Source: Lingula anatina
Lineage: Eukaryota > Animalia > Brachiopoda
DNA: 64,000 nucleotides
Direction of reading: 5' to 3'
Assembly: GCA_051362555.1 (NCBI GenBank)
Contig: CM120644.1
Coordinates: 9,618,954-9,682,953 of the forward strand
The position numbers and the translations under genes were made by a program. Below the pieces are notes generated by a model that saw only the letters and a list, made by a program, of their open reading frames with translations, was not told where the DNA came from and did no database searches. This document shows positions 62,197 to 64,000 of the stretch, one piece after another. Every line of letters begins with the position of its first letter. Position 1 is the stretch's first letter.

Positions 62197-64000
62197 TACA
62201 AACTGAAGGTGATGCTAAAATTTGCAAAAAGAATATATATCTTTCCTACTGATCTTTGAGATGGACGTCCACATTTCGAATAAATCGAAGAAGTTCACAT
62301 ATGGTAGACCTGTAGCCATTTTTCCTTGGTTTTGCAACTCCGTTATAAACAGCTTGATCGAGCATGTCCTTCTGAAAAACGTCGTTATAAAACTCGCTAT
62401 ATTTATCTCGTTAGTACAGTACACAGATTTTAAAACACAAATCCATATCCCCTCGTATTGTGGTGGTAAAAATAAATCGTTCCTGAAGAGACGAACCGAT
62501 AAAATTTTATTTTCTATACATTATTATTTATGACTATATTTATGTTCTACATATTAGATATGTACCGATCTCTGCATAACAAAAGGTCAAAATCACACTG
62601 CAATTGTTCTTTAAAAATTATTTAATCGAAAAAAATGTTATTAGAAAGTTGAAATTTGCCTTTGAGTAATATTCCAGATGTTCTGTGCATACTATAACGT
62701 ACATGCGCTGTAGGCAATTTGCATCCTCAATTAATCAAAGATGGGAGATGAAATGAACGGTGATTTATTATGTGACAGAAACAATTTGTACAATGATGTA
62801 GGGGAAAGGGATGCCGTATACAAATATGCCTTAATTTTGACAACAGATCTGATTTCATTTCATCATAATGCCCAGTGCATGATGAAAAATTATACACAAT
62901 TTTAAAGTACGATGCAAATGGAATTTGTGTCATTTTATTCAGTTTTTGGAAGGCAATGATATTGGTACTAGGAAAAAGGGTCGCCTCCATAAACTTTTAT
63001 CCTCCCCCTCTCTTCCACCACTCTGAATTTCCTTATGTAGTCTTTATATTCAAGATAAGATAAGATAAGATAAGAGTTTATTCAGCCATTAATATATAAA
63101 TATAAAATTCATATAAAACGGAAATTGGACTGCTATTCAGGTTACAAATTATAAATAAATAAATTATAAATTTCCATTTTTGTTGTTAAAATGAAACACA
63201 GCAGATGGGTAAAAACTCTTTAAAAACCTTTTAGATCCCTTAAAAGTTAAAAGTCTGCAGTTGCTCGGTAAAAATTTAAAAAGCCCATGTGCGGGGTGGG
63301 TATAGTCAGACATGATTTTCTCTGTTTTTGTTACTGATCTGTTAGTATAGATGGCACCTAGAGAGGGGAGTTCCAGACCGATGATTTTGCCGCACGTTGA
63401 TGTGACCATAACTAGACGCTTGCGCTCTTCTACAGTGGCCCGCCCATACCATACTATGATTGCAAATGTTAATATACTTTCTATAACACATTTGTAAAAG
63501 TTAGCTAAAATCATTTCATTTGAAGTAAAATCCTTCAACTTTCTTAAAAAATATACCCTTTGCCTCGCTTTTTTTTAACTGTTTGTCTATGTGGTCCTTC
63601 CATATGTAAGTGAGCTATTGAATTCTACCTCCAGTAGTCTAAAATTGGCTACTTGCTTTACTGCAGTGCCACTGATATGAATGGGTTCTTTCACATTTCT
63701 ATTCTTTCTGAAGTCAACAATCATTTCCTTAGTCTTCCCTACATTCAGTAACAAATCGTTGTCTTTACACCATTGTACAACTGAGTTGACATCGTTTCTA
63801 TACCAGGTCTCATCATTATCACTTATTAAGCCAATTAAAGTGGTGTCGTCGGCAAACTTCAAGATGCAATTACTCAATGTACGCCAGTAACCCAATGATA
63901 TAATACACATTTTAATACACAAAAAAGCAAAATTGATGATAAACATCCAACAGGACCTACCCAGTGCGGTACTGTGTTAAACACGGATACCGTCAACCTG
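60234..64000 (-). CDS. 3' exons (KEN RNase domain) of an upstream tandem paralog; the gene continues beyond the window
   Basis: Exons >64000-63961 (LTVSVFNTVPHW), 62371-62250 (KDMLDQAVY...TICELLRFIRNVDVHLKD) and 60399-60234 (PPAIQANVGNPMTYFTARLP...LKEFFPA*). Same phases as the downstream gene; open. Confidence 0.87.
62127..62193. repeat. (TA)n microsatellite
   Basis: Direct reading. Confidence 0.95.
63051..63885 (-). mobile_element. 5'-truncated Rex1/Babar-like LINE fragment in a paralog intron
   Basis: LKFADDTTLIGLISDNDE..YR..V...V.WC..N.L.LNV.KTKEMIVDFRK; FY.CVIESILTF.I.VWYG; HPAH.LF..LPS; SFYPSAV; (TATCT)n tail at 63051-63075; frameshift. Confidence 0.85.

Overview
AT-rich, intron-containing animal (invertebrate-type) genomic DNA, dense in nested transposable elements. 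No prokaryotic features, rRNA, tRNA or CRISPR arrays were found. The host-gene content is a minus-strand tandem cluster of IRE1/RNase L-type kinase-KEN-ribonuclease genes. One member can be reconstructed end to end from 10 phase-compatible coding exons (55392->31391, ~1010 codons). Its architecture is unusual: signal peptide, S/T-rich stalk, transmembrane helix, Cys-rich segment, about five tandem ubiquitin-like domains, non-RD kinase, KEN RNase. It carries one in-frame TGA right after the VAVK lysine. The 3' exons of a second paralog (64000->60234) and a decayed last-exon copy (~29.3-29.5 kb) flank it. The TE landscape records two rearrangements. The first is a ~17-kb inversion between two 113-bp Harbinger termini, which split a Tc1 transposase onto opposite strands. 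The second is a ~10-kb palindrome with TA at every junction, nested in a Tc1/mariner-like element inside an intron of the kinase-RNase gene. Also present: a young full-length BEL/Pao LTR element inserted in the micro-exon-rich Myb/SANT gene of a PIF/Harbinger element, an older BEL/Pao remnant, satellite-carrying Helitron/Helentron-like elements, EnSpm-, Kolobok- and foldback-like non-autonomous elements, and CR1-, RTE- and Rex/Babar-type LINE fragments. All alignments, counts and domain calls were made by eye; no database searches were run.
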